DNA of 64,000 nt from Lama glama (Eukaryota), in the NCBI GenBank assembly GCA_028534125.1, contig CM052817.1, positions 108,006,001 through 108,070,000 of the forward strand. Reading direction: 5' to 3'. The position numbers were made by a program, and so were the translations under genes. This document shows positions 1-12,956 of the stretch, in pieces. Positions within the stretch are counted from its first letter, which is position 1; every line of letters begins with the position of its first letter. The notes below the pieces were generated by a model, which did not search any database, was not told where the DNA came from, and saw only the letters and a program-made list of their open reading frames with translations.

Positions 1-167
1 TAAAGATCAAAGCCCTGAGGATGGGCTGTCCTGTCTATGTCAGACTCTAGGCACCGTTCTTTTACAAAAGGTGCAGAACCGGCATGACTTGAGCCCAGGA
101 AACAGCAGAGAGTTAGAGCCAAAGGAACAGGTCTGATATCGAGCCAGGTTTGCCCTTTTCTATTAAA
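1..167 (-). mobile_element. ERV1 solo LTR, family A (truncated by window edge)
   Basis: Aligns by eye with the right-hand end (about 12790-12956) of the copy at 12443-12956 (gaggatgggct...ggctctaggca...tttacaaaagg...gagcccaggaaaca...gttagagccaaaggaacag). Confidence 0.85.
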
Positions 168-569
168 GAATGAAGTACTAATAAAGAGGAATGTCTCTTA
201 AAAGTATTTGTATTTGGCCATACAGTGATTTAGAGAATTTCTCTGACGTCTAATGCTCTGTTCCTTTTTTAATCTCAAGTTCAGAGACGTTCCCCGTTTC
301 ACACAGTGCATATGGCCAGGGAAACGGTGTGGCCGTGAAGGACGAGAGAGCCTTGTTTTCTGGAGAGTGAGGCTCTGAACTAGAACCATCAGAAGAAAAG
401 TGGAAACATGAGGCTGAAAGAGGGAATTTAGAGAAAAAAAGGCAGCGGGGCTACATGGATCGTTATAAAGAGATTCTCTTTGACTGCATTTCCAGGAGAG
501 TTAGAGCTGAAAATTAGGTCCAGAATCTTCCATTTCATGTCCTCTTTAAAAAGGAATGCCTAGTCCAAT

Positions 570-760
570 GTCATAAAGACTGCTTCCAGTTTTTATTTTC
601 TCTAGAAGCCTTCGTGTTTTACATTTGGGTCTCTGATCTATATAAAATTAAGGTGGTAAGAGTTAGGGGTTCTGATTCATTTTTGTTCATATGGGTTTCC
701 TGGTTGACTAGTACCATTTCTGTAAGAGATCATCAAATCTCTACTGCACTGTAGCGAGTG
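570..760 (-). mobile_element. old L1 fragment (ORF2 3' region)
   Basis: ttttctctagaagc...tttacatttgggtctctgatc...ttttgttcatatgg...accatttc resembles antisense L1M sequence; heavily diverged. Confidence 0.55.
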
Positions 761-1012
761 CTTTATTTATGTTTTTTGAACATGAGGAGAAAAGGAAGCA
801 CAGCAAGGTCCTTTGGCTGTCAAAACCACAGTTTCCACCCCTGACTGATTTCTGGGGTACTATCTGTATTACCTCAAAAACATAAGTGGATTTGTTAAGC
901 ACGTAACTAAATCAGTGAGGAGGCTCTAGATACAAGAAATTTTCCAAATGAAATGCAAAGTGTCTCTGACAACTTGTTTCTGCCACAGAATGGAAACATG
1001 TCTTAGAATAGG

Positions 1013-1036
1013 GTGTGTGTGTGTGTGTGTGTGTGT
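1013..1036. repeat. (GT)n microsatellite
   Basis: Directly visible run of gt dinucleotides. Confidence 0.95.
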
Positions 1037-1254
1037 CCATGAAGATACTGGGAATAAGACTTTCAAGATAGCCTGGGGAGGTTGTCTTGAGGTTTAAGTG
1101 TCATTTCAGTAGTAAATGTTTTATAGAAGTAGAGAACATTGCCTTAGATGATGACAAAGTAATAGTAGGGGTAAGATATATCTTATGATGAATTGTCCAC
1201 AGTGGATACAAAAACGTTAAAGTTCTTTCTTTGTTTTTTAATTTGCCTTCTCTG

Positions 1255-2136
1255 TTTCTTTTTTATTGAAGTATAGTTAATTTTACAATTTTGTGTTTGT
1301 TTCAGGTGTACTGCATACTGATTAAGTTATATATATTATTTTCATATTCTTTTTCATTATAGGTTATTACAAGATACCAAATAAATTTCCTTGTAGGGGA
1401 ACTATACAGTATGTCCTTATTGTTTATCTATTTTATATACAGTAGTGTGTATGTACAATCTCAAACTCCTAATTTATCACTTTCCCCTTTGGTGACCGTA
1501 AGTTTGTTTTCTATGTCTGTGAGTCTGTTTTTGTTTTGCAAATAAATTCACTTGTATTATTTTTTAGATTCTGCATATAAGTGATATTATATGATATTTG
1601 TCTTTCTCCATCTGACTTACTTCACTTAGTATGATCATCTCTAGGCCCATCCAAGTTGCTGGAAGTGGCATTATTTCATTCTTTTTATGGCTGAGTAGTA
1701 TTCCTTTATTTATATATATATTTATATATATATATGTATATCCCCCACATCTTCTTTATCCAATCATCTGCCGATGGACATATAGGTTGTTTCCATGTCT
1801 TGGCTACTGTATATAGTGCTACTATGAACATTGGGGTGCGTGTGTTTTTTCAAATTAGAGTTCTTTCCAGATATATGCCCAGGAGTGGGATTGCTAGATC
1901 ATACGGTAAGTCCATTTTTAGTTTTTTAAGGAATCTCCATACTGTTTTTCATAGTGGCTGCACCAAATTACATTCCCAGCAACAGTGTAGGAGGGTTCCC
2001 TTTTCTCCACACCCTCTCCAGCATTTATCATTTATGTACTTTTGAATGATGGCCATTCAGACCAGTGTGAGGTGATACCTCATTGTAGTTTTGATTTGCA
2101 TTTCTCTTATAATTAGAGACACTGAGCATCTTTTCA
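1255..2136 (-). mobile_element. L1 3' end (artiodactyl/camelid type), 5'-truncated
   Basis: Antisense L1 3'UTR and ORF2 end (ttttattgaagtatag...cattcccagcaacagtgtaggagggttccc...gttttgatttgcatttctc). Possible TSD ttaaagttctttc (1217-1229) / ttaatattctttc (2137-2149). Confidence 0.92.
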
Positions 2137-3809
2137 TTAATATTCTTTCAGCTGCAGCACAAACACACAGAAAAGTAAAATCTAGTTAATACATCATTTT
2201 GTAACACAGCAACAGTGTGGCACAAACTAGACAGAGTCTTTAACACCAAACTTCATGGAGATTACAAAATATTTGTTAAAAATGCTTGCATGTATATTGA
2301 GCACCAATATTCACTGGACATATTTGACTAACGAATACAATTTTAATAATAACAAGATTATCTTTAAAAAGCCCTGTCGTTTCAATGCTTTGTGTTCTCA
2401 TGCCAGCATTATATTGATGGGACTCTATACCCAGAGCGGCTCAGTAGAAGTACTCTGGCTTCCTCAGGGCTTGCTAATCTCCATCCCTGGCTTATTTCGT
2501 CCTTGTTTCAATAACTAGAGCAATGTGTTTGGGGCATCTCTTAGTGCTTGCAGAATTTCATAGACTGCACTGAACTGACTCTTCAAAATTCACCACAAAA
2601 CCCAGTTTTACATTCATTGCTTTTTCCTATTTTTTATTTTCTATATTCTTCAGGAAATGTGGGACTCCTGCTTGATGTGTTAACCCCAAGAACCACACTG
2701 TCCATTTGTGTGTCATGATAGCATCTTTCTCTCTAGCTGAGGATCTGACTCTACACCTGGTGCCTGTGGCCGGATCGGCATTTTCTCTGCTGCAGTGATC
2801 AGAGGTAACATAGCATTCTCTCTCAGAAAGAATCCCCTCTGATTGGATTCTAGACTGAATGTACATTCCCTGGTGTACAGCTCAGCAGTGCTTTCTGTGT
2901 AACATCTTATTTGTTATGAGACAGATATTCGACATTAATTCATGTTTATTGGGCTGCAGAAAGATGTTTGCATTTAGAAGATGCATGCTTGGTTTTAACT
3001 TGTTTTTATATTTCCACATCTCCAATCTCAATAACTCTACTAACAGCAATAATGATTAAAGTATGTGTTCTTCATAACGTCTCCAACTGGATAACATATT
3101 TCTGAGCTTTTATATTATTAAGCCAATGCTCAGGGACAGTGATGATTATGTAGTAAGCTCACTTCAATGCTCTAGTTTTTTTTTTTTTATTGTTGTATTT
3201 TCCAAAGAACCCTAAGCACTAAAGTAGAAATGATCAGAGAGCCACGGGTGTACTGAAGAAGTATAGTTCAGGACATCAGAGTTGCACCTACCCCGTGGAC
3301 TCGTAAACGACACACTCAGGTAATGATGTTAACGGGAAAGGAAATGAGAGTGTCAGAGACAATATGATGGCAAATGGATGTCAGCTGCTGTCTAATACTA
3401 ACGGGGACAATTAAAAAAGTAGAGATCAGTGCAGGGGAGAATAAACCTAAGTATTCCTAATAAAAATCCAATTAAAGGAGTACTTACTAGAGATAAAACA
3501 CATTCAGTAGAAAGATAACTACATTTCCTGGACGTTCTGAAAAAAAAAAGTGATAATTGCTAATGCTTACAACTTGGGGCTGGTGGCTAGATGGACTCCC
3601 TGAATAAACACAGAGAGAAAAATTAAGTACTGCCTTATATTAAGGAAGGGACCCAAAGCATGTTTTACCTTTCAAAGTACTTGGAATCCTGGTTTGGTCT
3701 CCTGGTAACTTCAGACAATATTGAGATTAACACAGAGCCAAGGGAAGAACAGAAAGTCATTCTCTGCACACCAGGACACTCAACGTTAGGACCACAAGAA
3801 AGGTACTTT

Positions 3810-4276
3810 TGTAACCAAGCAGGACCCTGGGGGGCCTTCCAGGGACAGACCCCTCCCCATACCCTCTGCTGTGGCTCCTCTCTGAAGCACCCAGATCATG
3901 GCATCTCATGTCTATTTCCTGAGTGTTTCAGATGCTAAAAACCACCACCAAAGGGAAGAAATTAACTACTTGATGATGGAGAGCATGTGGTCCCCAGACC
4001 TGGTGCCTGGGGGTTGAGAGTGTTGACTGCCCTGTTACTGCAACATCAACCAATCAGAGGACTGTGCACCAGCCGACCACACCCCCTCCAGCCCCACCCC
4101 TCACTTGCTTTTAAATAGGCTTTGCTGTAACATTTCCAGGAGCTTGAGGTTTTCTTGGGCATGAGCCTCCTGGTCCTCCTTCCTGGGCCCTGCAGTAAAC
4201 CTTTCTCTGCTCCAAACTCTGCCATTTCGGTTTGACCTTATGGTGTGTCGGGCACAGGGACTTGCATTGGGTAACA
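3810..4276 (+). mobile_element. ERV1 solo LTR
   Basis: TGTAACC...GGTAACA termini, CCAAT box (ccaatcag), TATA-like tttaaata, polyA-like agtaaa; 4-bp TSD cttt/tttt. Confidence 0.85.
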
Positions 4277-4772
4277 TTTTATCTTTCTTTCTCTTTTTCC
4301 TTCAGAGTGATAAACTATATTTGACATCTATCTGTACTTACAACTTAAAAAATCAGATTTGACTTTAGTTCCAATTGTCTAAAACCACGTATCTAGATCT
4401 TGCTGCATCTGAACGTGTTTAGACGTTTTGAAGGGAGTTAAAGACAACTGAAAGGAAAGTTGTTTAGCTTGAGATCGCCTGAAAAAATGTGAGGGACATC
4501 TCAGTATTTATATAGAAGATAAAGAAATTTCCATTTCTAAGAGGGAAAAAAAGAAAGAGTCAGAAGAAGGAGGATTTCCAAGGGAATAACTGGGTTCAAA
4601 AATAACAAATGAATGAGAAGAATGTTCTCTGAGAATGAAGTCCTGTCTGTGAAGGAGCATTTGTTAGTGACCAAAACCAGTCAACATCCTCTAGAGAGGT
4701 CCCGTTGCCAGAAGTCAGGCTTTCGCAGATTTGCCTCCAGGCGTAAGTGTTTTCATCTTGTGTGACTTTGTA

Positions 4773-5184
4773 CCCGTGTCCCCCGCTATCCAAAAGTAAA
4801 GCATTTCTATGAAACCTTTTGTGAACCAAAATGGTGTAAAACAAAGTAGCGGTCACCTTCGGACACATCTCGCTAACAGATACACGACGTCAATGGAGGT
4901 AAAGCTTAGGTGGCTTTGCTGATGCGGAGATGCTGAGTGTGGTTCTCGGGGACGGGGCTTGGCGGGGGCCCCTTCACAGCTGGGGGTGCGCGCTGCCTCT
5001 GTGACGGCTTGGCTGGCCACAAAACAAACGCTGTCTCTCCACTTCTCACCTTGTTTTTTGGTTTTTTTTTTTTAATTGAAAATCTTCTTTGGATTTCTTT
5101 CCATTAGCAAAACAGGTATTAATGTAGGATTTTCATGAAAGCAAGGTGGTATAAAGCACACTTTGGAAAAGTGAAGGATACCTT
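4773..5184 (-). mobile_element. Tigger-family (TcMar) non-autonomous DNA transposon
   Basis: TA on both flanks (4771-72, 5185-86), degenerate terminal inverted repeats, residual CpG-rich interior. Exact subfamily not determined. Confidence 0.75.
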
Positions 5185-5225
5185 TATTTGGAAATATCAG
5201 GTGGTTTAATATGAGGTTATAGCTA

Positions 5226-5549
5226 TAAAAAAGAATAAAATAATGCCATTTGCAGGAACATGGGTGGACCTGGAGACTGTCATTCTAAGTGAGGTAAGTC
5301 AGAAAGAGAAAGAAAAATAGGGTATCACTCAAATGTGGAATCTTAAAAAAAGGAAAAAAAAAAAACAAGAGGACACTACTGAACTCATCTACAACAGAAA
5401 CAGACTCACAGACATGGTAAACAATCTTATGGTTCCCAGGGAAAGAGGATGTGAAGGGATACATTTGGGAGTTTGAGATTTGAAAATGTTAACCACTGTA
5501 TATAAAAATAGATTAAAAAAAAACCAAATTTCTTCTGTATTAAAAAAAA
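5226..5549 (+). mobile_element. camelid-type L1 3' fragment ending at an early polyA
   Basis: aaaaagaataaaataatgccatttgc...ggacctggagactgtcattctaagtgaggtaagtcagaaagagaaag; 13-bp TSD gaggttatagcta (5213-5225) / gaggttctagcta (5550-5562). Confidence 0.9.
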
Positions 5550-6248
5550 GAGGTTCTAGCTAATGAGAGTGTGGGGTGGGGGGACAGGGAGAAACCTCAC
5601 ACCCTTCTTACTCTGCTAACTGCTGCATGACCTATGGATCCCAATACCTATGCCTGATCCACCCTGGGGTTCATATGGCTGCCTCGGAGACTGAAAATGA
5701 GAAGGGAGCAGAGAGGCAGTCGAGCAAATGACTGAAACCTGTTCACCATCCCAATTACTTTGATTGGAAAATGGGGAACTTCCAGCTGAAGCTGCCCCTG
5801 CAGAGCCTCGCTCCCCTCCCAGCTCACCTGAAGGGCTCTTACTTCCCACAAGTGGGTTAGCCTGTCTCCAGACAGTTAGCCCAGAAAGTCAGTGAGAAAT
5901 TAATGGAATCTAGAGAGGACACTTTATTGTCCTGCTGTGTTCCAGGTGAGGAAATTTGAGCTCCACATAGCATATACAACCAGTAGAAAGCTACACAGCT
6001 TGCGATTGGCCAAATTTATACTAGGGCATTGCATTTTTGTAAGTATGTTCGCACCTTTATACCTTTGTTTTTTTTTAAAAAACGTGTTTGCGTAAAGATT
6101 CATTTACAACTTCACAGAAAATAAGACTTAAAAATACTGTGCTATTAGAAAAAATCAAGTCCTTTCTTTAAATTAAAAACCAAAATCAAAACAATCTCTT
6201 AGAATGCAATTAACCTTATAAACTGTCTTCTCATAACTTAAGTTTCTT

Positions 6249-6342
6249 CAAATATATGTATGTATCTGCATGACTGGGACATTGTGCTGTATACCAGAAA
6301 TTGACACATTGTAATTGACTGTACTTCAATTAAAAAAAAAAC
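6249..6342 (+). mobile_element. very short L1 3' terminus
   Basis: gggacattgtgctgtataccagaaattgacacattgtaattgactgtacttcaat plus polyA; TSD aacttaagtttctt (6235-6248) / aactcaggtttctt (6343-6356). Confidence 0.85.
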
Positions 6343-7179
6343 AACTCAGGTTTCTTTTAATAGAGTTGATATGTCCAAAGTCTTTGATTGGCAAGTACAT
6401 CTATTAATTATTCCTACAGAATGTTTTAAGAAGTCCATGTAAACATATTGAATTTATACTTGCTAATTACTCTGTTCTTATGAAATATCTTTTTCTATCC
6501 TTTCAAATGACAGTGTTACTAATAATTGAGTTTTTTTAGGTATGTTGCTTTTATTCAAGATACATTATTGTTTGGTGCATGTACAGATATGTTTAAGTAG
6601 ATCTAAATAATATTTGTATAGATTTGTATATGTGGTTCAATATCTGCATCTGCGTATTGGGTTTTGTACTTTAAATGTGACAAATAAATCTTTTGGGAGG
6701 AAAAAAATATACCTTTGCTTTTAAAATGTGTGTAGAAGGTTCTCACTTCCTTGTTATCATCCCCGTATTTATTCTGTCTCTTGATTTCAGCCAGCCTTAT
6801 GTATTTATTCATGACAAACCCTTTCCTGGGGCTTTCGGCACGGTTGGAAAATAATGAGAAATCAGGTCTATAATTAATCAGATTTTCTCTTTACTTATTG
6901 AAAAACAGAAACTTTAATGGTATGTGGTTCTATTGGTGAAGCTCTCGAGCGTTCGACTGCTTACAATTCAGCACATCAAACTGAAACAGAGGGTTACGAA
7001 GGTCAGATGCAGTTTGTAAAAGCGCTTTGAACTTCCTTATGTACATTTTCATACATTTGTATCTTTATGCTAATTGGTTCTTGATAGCTTTTATTTATGT
7101 TAGTAACCGCCACCTGGATACATGGACTGGCAAAATGTCTACACTGAATTGTGAAATGTGGCTGAGAATATAGGTTCTA

Positions 7180-7390
7180 GAGACTTCTAATAGCTCCAAG
7201 TGGCTTGGAGATCTTGAGTGGGTTGATTTCACCTCTTAGTTTTTGCTTTTGAAAAATGGGAAAAGGGCACCTCCCTTATTGGGCTGCTGTTAAGTGTTAA
7301 AAATCTCCACATGCACACGGAGCACTTAGAATAGGGGCAGCAGGACCAGTGAGCCCTACAAGGCTGTTTGCTGTTGATATTATTAGCACC
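7180..7390 (+). mobile_element. MIR SINE (diverged)
   Basis: atcttgagtgggttgatttcacctc...aaaatggg...cttattgggctgctgt...agcacttagaatagggg matches the MIR core pattern. Confidence 0.6.
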
Positions 7391-9309
7391 GTTACTAAGT
7401 GTTTAGACTTTGAGACTGATATTCCAGGTTTATTGCAGGTTACATTTTCCACACCATGTTCTGTTTCTCTCTCAGTATTAATGTATATTCTTTTGCTATA
7501 TATTACTTGTATTATAAGTAATTTTATAACCTATGGGAATAGGGCAGATTATACACTGAAAATGAAATAAACTTCCTAAAAACAAAAACACAGAAAATAG
7601 GGGGACAGAGATTAACATGGCACCCCACATGTGCAGAAATAACAGAGCTCAACTGGCAAGGTGGCCTCGGTCTAAAACATATCAAGGCACATGTCATAAA
7701 ACCAACAATAATAATAATAACATCTAAACTAGCGTAAGTCAGCACTAACATACAGGAACCTTTTTAAAATTTTAGTTCTTCCCTGGAAATTCAGGACTTT
7801 GCATCAAGGGCAAACAAAATGGCTTACATCATTGCCCTTAAACAAGACAGACATCCACGGTGAAATGAGCAACTTGCTTTAGGCTCAGAGGGAAAAAAAA
7901 GTACAATTCTTAAATTTTACCATTGTCTCTATTTTACTGTATATTTTAGTTTACTTTAATTGTTGGTTTTAGTGTGTACTTAAATACAGTGCAAGTAATG
8001 GGCCCAGTTTGCATGCATTTTAAAAACAACCTTAAATATGTGAATTAAGATGTGATAAAACTACAAGGAAAAACTGACACATTTTTTATTGCACAAAAGA
8101 TTCTAACAATTGTTTTAGTAAATAAGTCAAGCAGACAAAAAATTGGACTAAAAATTATATACAATTTGATAAACATAATAAGCTTAATTTGTTAGACACA
8201 AGTCAATACATATTTTACATGTAATATATAATTTTCTTCAGCAAACAAAATATGCTTTTCAAAGTTACATGAACTCAGATACAGGGCAAATTCTAAGGAA
8301 TTAGTATAACAGAACCATGGACTTGGATCACAATGAAATTAATGATATTAAGTTCCATGGAAGTAACAATGACAACCACAAAACCAAAATTCCAATGTGT
8401 GTAGCACTATAAAAATTGCAATAATATACGAGTCTAATAAGAAGTGATAGGAAAATTAAAAATGATTCATAACTAACAATAATGATGAATACACAACATA
8501 TCAAGTATTTTATGATTTGGATAGATGAACGATTGAAGGAAATATGTAACCTTAAACATCAGCAGAGAACAAATGCTAAGATTATGTTGAGGCAAATACT
8601 TAATACGAAGCCAAGAAAAGTAGAATGGAGGTAATGACTATAAAGGCAGAAAAATTAATAAAATAGAAAGCAAAAAACAAGTGGAAATTATAAGGTGGGA
8701 CAAAAAATAAGTTTTTTGTTAAGTCTAGTAAATTTTAAAATTCTAACAAGAATCATCAAGCATCAAGAATTCATATGTTAACAGCAGTATAAGTTAAAAT
8801 TGGGATAGAACTAAACAATGGAAAAATACAAAAACAATAATGGAATGCTATAAAATACTTTGTCACAATAATTTTTAAATGTAAATGTATAACTAGACAA
8901 ATATCATTTTTAAATGAGTCCCCCCAAAATATATAGAAAACATAGATATCCCTTAATCAGGCAAAAGAGGAACAACAATTTAAAATTTTTACAAAAGGTA
9001 AAACGGGTATCAGTCATCGTCTCAAGGAAGCCATCTTTCCAAATTTTTAGAAACCTTCCTGGAAACTGTAAGCTTTCAGTCAATGTTTTTTTCAGTAGGC
9101 TAGTTTTATCCCAGTCCTCAACAGGAAAAAATCAAGATGAAAAATTAAAAATATAGGACAATTTTACTTAGGAACACAGATGAAAAATCACCAAGAAAAT
9201 ACTAGCATCCTGTATCTAGAAATGTATTAAAATGTACCACGAATGTAATGAAATTATTAGAAGGCTGCAAGTCTGGGTTAACAATAGAGAACATCTTAAT
9301 GTATTGTGC

Positions 9310-9660
9310 TAGACAGTATTCTTTTTCCTGTCCATCCATTGCCTCTACTTGGGTGACAGTTCTACTTCCCTGCCCCGTTGTGTCAGCCTGAGACAGGCAG
9401 TTTGCTTTCAGTGATGAAATCTAAGTTCAGTGCCAGGCAGAAACTTCAAACGGCAGCATAAGCTTCCTCATGATTATCCTTCTTTCCTTCTTTAAGAGAG
9501 AAGCTGTTCCATCAGCATAGATCTTGGATTGAAGACAACTTGGACTCGGGCTGCAGGCAATCTGTGATGGGCACTTAGCATGAAAAAGAAATGAGCCTCT
9601 GTGGTTCTAAGCTACTGAGTTTTGGGGGCTGTTGGTTACCGCAGCTCATCCTGACAGATT
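9310..9660 (+). mobile_element. MLT1-type MaLR LTR
   Basis: 3' signature agcatgaaaaagaaatgagcctctgtggttctaagctactgagttttgggggctgttggttaccgcagc. Confidence 0.75.
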
Positions 9661-10789
9661 TAGTATTTTATCACATTAAGAACTTAAAGGTAAAAATTTA
9701 AATAAATCATCCATTGTTCTGTAAAATCTTGCAATAAAATTCAACACTTATTAATGACAAAAAAAAGTAAAATAAAATGAAAGAAAGTATCCTTACCCCA
9801 ACAAGGAAAGCCTACAATAAACAATAGAAAAGAATGGTAAAATGTTAGAAACATTCTATTTAACGTCAGGAATAAGAAAAGCATGCTTATTATGTAAATA
9901 TATAAATAATATATATAAATATATTCAAATATATTACTTCTTGTGTTGAAGTTCCTAGTCATCACAAAAAGTCAAAGGAACAGAAACAAAATAAGTACTG
10001 GAAAAGAAGAAAAATAAATCTCTTTACTTACAGAGATTTGCTTACTTACATAAAAACTCCTAAATAATCTATAAAGTATCAGAATTAATATAAGAGTTTA
10101 AAATGAGACAAGCTATATCAAAACTGATTGTATTTTTATAGACAAGCAGCAAAGAGAAAATCTTTCAATGAAGTATACCATGTAAATAGCAGAACGTGAA
10201 ATCATCTAGGAACAATGTTTAAGAAATGATAGAAGATATTTGTAAAGATTGCTATAGAACTATGCTGAAGACCATTTTGAAAGACCTAAACCAGAGAGAA
10301 ACATAGCATGTTGCTGACTATCACAAATAGGCCATTTTATTTCAAATTGATAAATATGTAAAATGTGATTCTGATTAAAATTCTAACATTATTTGTATGG
10401 GATTTGATAAGACTGATCTAAAATTTATATGGCAAAGTAAAGGGCTCAGACTATACAAAATATTCCTGGAGAATGACATGCAGCAGAGACTTGCCTACTA
10501 GATGTGAATGCACAAGTAAATGCTACAGTAATTTAGAGTATATGCTGGTGACATAAGGGTAAAAAAGAGATAAACTGAACAAAGGCATGAGCATTGAAAC
10601 GTTTCTGCACGTGTATGAACTACAGAGATGGCACTGCAGTTCAGTGAGAAGAGTTTTCTTTAAATAGTGCCCTGATCACTGATTATACTTATCCAACATA
10701 AACCAACAAAATGGGTAAACAAAATTTAATTTCAGGCAAATTAAACCCTTATGAGTGAAAAAAGAGAAACATTCAGGAGTTTTGTTTAG

Positions 10790-10860
10790 TGATGTCCTCA
10801 AGGACTGAGAAAAGACCTGGCACATGGTAGGTGCTCAATAAATGATTTGAATAAATATGT
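10790..10860 (+). mobile_element. L2 3' end
   Basis: acctggcacatggtaggtgctcaataaatgatttgaataaat. Confidence 0.7.
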
Positions 10861-11683
10861 GATTATATGAAATCAGAGTAATGAGTGATTCCATGGGACA
10901 TTTGTGTCTATAATAAACCATAAAGGAAATAATTAATACATTTTGCTAAGTTAAAGTAAAAATTTATGTTTATCAAAGGACACCATTAAAAAATATCAAA
11001 GCATAAGCTCCAAACCGGGAGAGCATATTTGCATCAAATACACATTAAAATATTAGTGTCTAGAATATATAAAGAACACTTACAAATCAGTAAGAAAATG
11101 ACAGACAACTCATTTAAAAACATTTTTAAAAGACATGAACAGTCATCTGGTGAAGAGATAATAGAAATCATTAGTAAACATATGAATAGCAGGAAGACTG
11201 CTCTATTAGTAATATTTTTCTAAGCTAGAGGTGGAAACATGGGTGTTTAACTTGTTAATCAGTATATTTATCTCATAAATAGACAGCTACATGTATATAG
11301 ATACATAACCTTTTGAAGTCTGAGACATCATAAAGAAAAAGATAGTAAAATTAATAAGAAGCAATGTCTGGATAGGAACTCTCTTAAAAAGATACTCCTT
11401 GTAAGCTAATAATAATAACATTAAAAATAATGATTGCTAGAATTTATTGAGTGCTTTTTATTTAGCCAGCACTAACTTGATAATTTGACATATAGTTTAC
11501 ATAATTTTACATAATACCTGTACATATGTTGAATAGAAAATTTCCTCTGTCTCATAAAATGAGATTTTAATAGATTCCATCAAACCATAAACATAATTTG
11601 AAGATTAAGAAATATACCTTTCTCCAACTTTTTGGACTCAAGACAGAGAAACACTAATAAAAATGGACGGTGGCCGATCTTAC

Positions 11684-11788
11684 CTGGGCGGATTTCAAAG
11701 ACGCTTCTCCACACATATTATTGAGTGTGTTTGAGGTATCCATCCACCGGCACGTTCATGACCAGGATGGATCACTGTGGCCATGCTT
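11684..11788 (-). other. candidate non-coding or decayed exon (105 nt)
   Basis: Minus strand: acceptor ttccctttgcag|AAGC, donor CCCAG|gtaaga; non-repetitive sequence; each of the three frames has at least one stop. Confidence 0.3.
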
Positions 11789-12442
11789 CTGCAAAGGGAA
11801 CTTCATTACGCCCTCTGCCTGACTCCTTGGTGGTTCATCCTTCATTCCTTTGCAACAAAATGAATTCTCTGAATTCAGTACAGTGGAAGAACTCATCATG
11901 ATTATTCATTCACAGACTTGATATTGAACGGCTGCAAAGGACCAGAACCTGCTCAACAACCTAACAAGCTCTCCAGGAGCTTGCACTGAGCTACACTGAG
12001 CAATTCTTTATTCTTTACCTGCTACCAAGACATCATTCTCTGGCCAATATTTCTTTCTGTAATGAATTTTGTTGGGGCCAGTGTCAGACACTGGGCAAAC
12101 ATTTCCAGGAGCAAAACTGCAGGGACAAAATAATTATGCCCAAAGATCAGCTTTACTCCAGCTCCTCTGCCTGAACAGAGCTCGGGGGACCCAGTGCTTT
12201 TTCACCTCCAAGGCTCTGGAAATCCACTCGGGGCTCTTTCCTGGGCCATCCTCCAGTAAACAGTTGTTCCATCATATAAGTGCTCCTGGAGAAACTTTCT
12301 CCTGTGTCACACACCCATGTTTTTTGTCTAAATCACGTTGCAGTCTAGATTATCAATTAATTTTTGTTGTTGTTTTCACTTAATTTTTTCACTGCCGAAT
12401 ACTGTATGGCATATAATACTGACATTTACAGTGATCCTAGTA

Positions 12443-12956
12443 TGTTACTGAGTCCAGACTCACTCTGCTCATCACAGGACAGGCCAATAAATCAGGAGAC
12501 GAGATGTTGGGACAAGGAATAACAACTTTATTTGGAAAGCCAGCAGACCTAGAAGATGGGGGACTAATGTTTTGGAGAATCATCTTCCCCAAGTCAGAAT
12601 TCAGGCTCCTTTTATACTAAAAGTGGAGGGAGTGTAGTTGGCTGTTGCAAACTTCTTGGTGTCAGAATCCTTTGTTCTTACAGCTGTCCATGTGGGTCAG
12701 GTCATGGTGTCCCTGTAAGTCTCCAACAAGACAAATGTTCTGTTCTGCAACTTTTTATCTCTATATGAATAGGAAAATGTTACACCCTTAAAGGTCAGAG
12801 CCTTGAGGATGGGCTCTCCTGTCTATGTCAGGCTCTAGGCAACCTTCTTTTACAAAAGGCGCAAAACCAGCATGACTGAGCCCAGGAAACAGAGCCCAGG
12901 GTTAGAGCCAAAGGAACAGATCTAATATGGAATCAAGTTTGTTCTTCCCTATGACA
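12443..12956 (-). mobile_element. ERV1 solo LTR, family A
   Basis: Reverse complement of the 43377-43895 element; TG...CA termini; flanks agta/atca do not form a clean TSD. Confidence 0.9.

Larger units (their letters stand above)
8040..11210 (+). mobile_element. old L1 (L1M-type) ORF2 remnant, interrupted by MLT1 and L2 pieces
   Basis: Long A-rich decayed ORF2-like tracts (aaatactagca...; ttgaagttcctagtc; ctgatctaaaatttatatggcaaagtaaagg; tagtgtctagaatatataaagaacacttacaaatcagtaagaaaa). Confidence 0.8.

Noticed and set aside
1734..2045. 103-aa ORF with a similar ORF at 60342-60584
   Set aside because: Both are antisense readings of the same L1 segment, not a gene family.
4596..4868. 90-aa ORF beginning MCPKVTAT
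   Set aside because: Starts inside the Tigger element and runs into flanking DNA; not a transposase gene.
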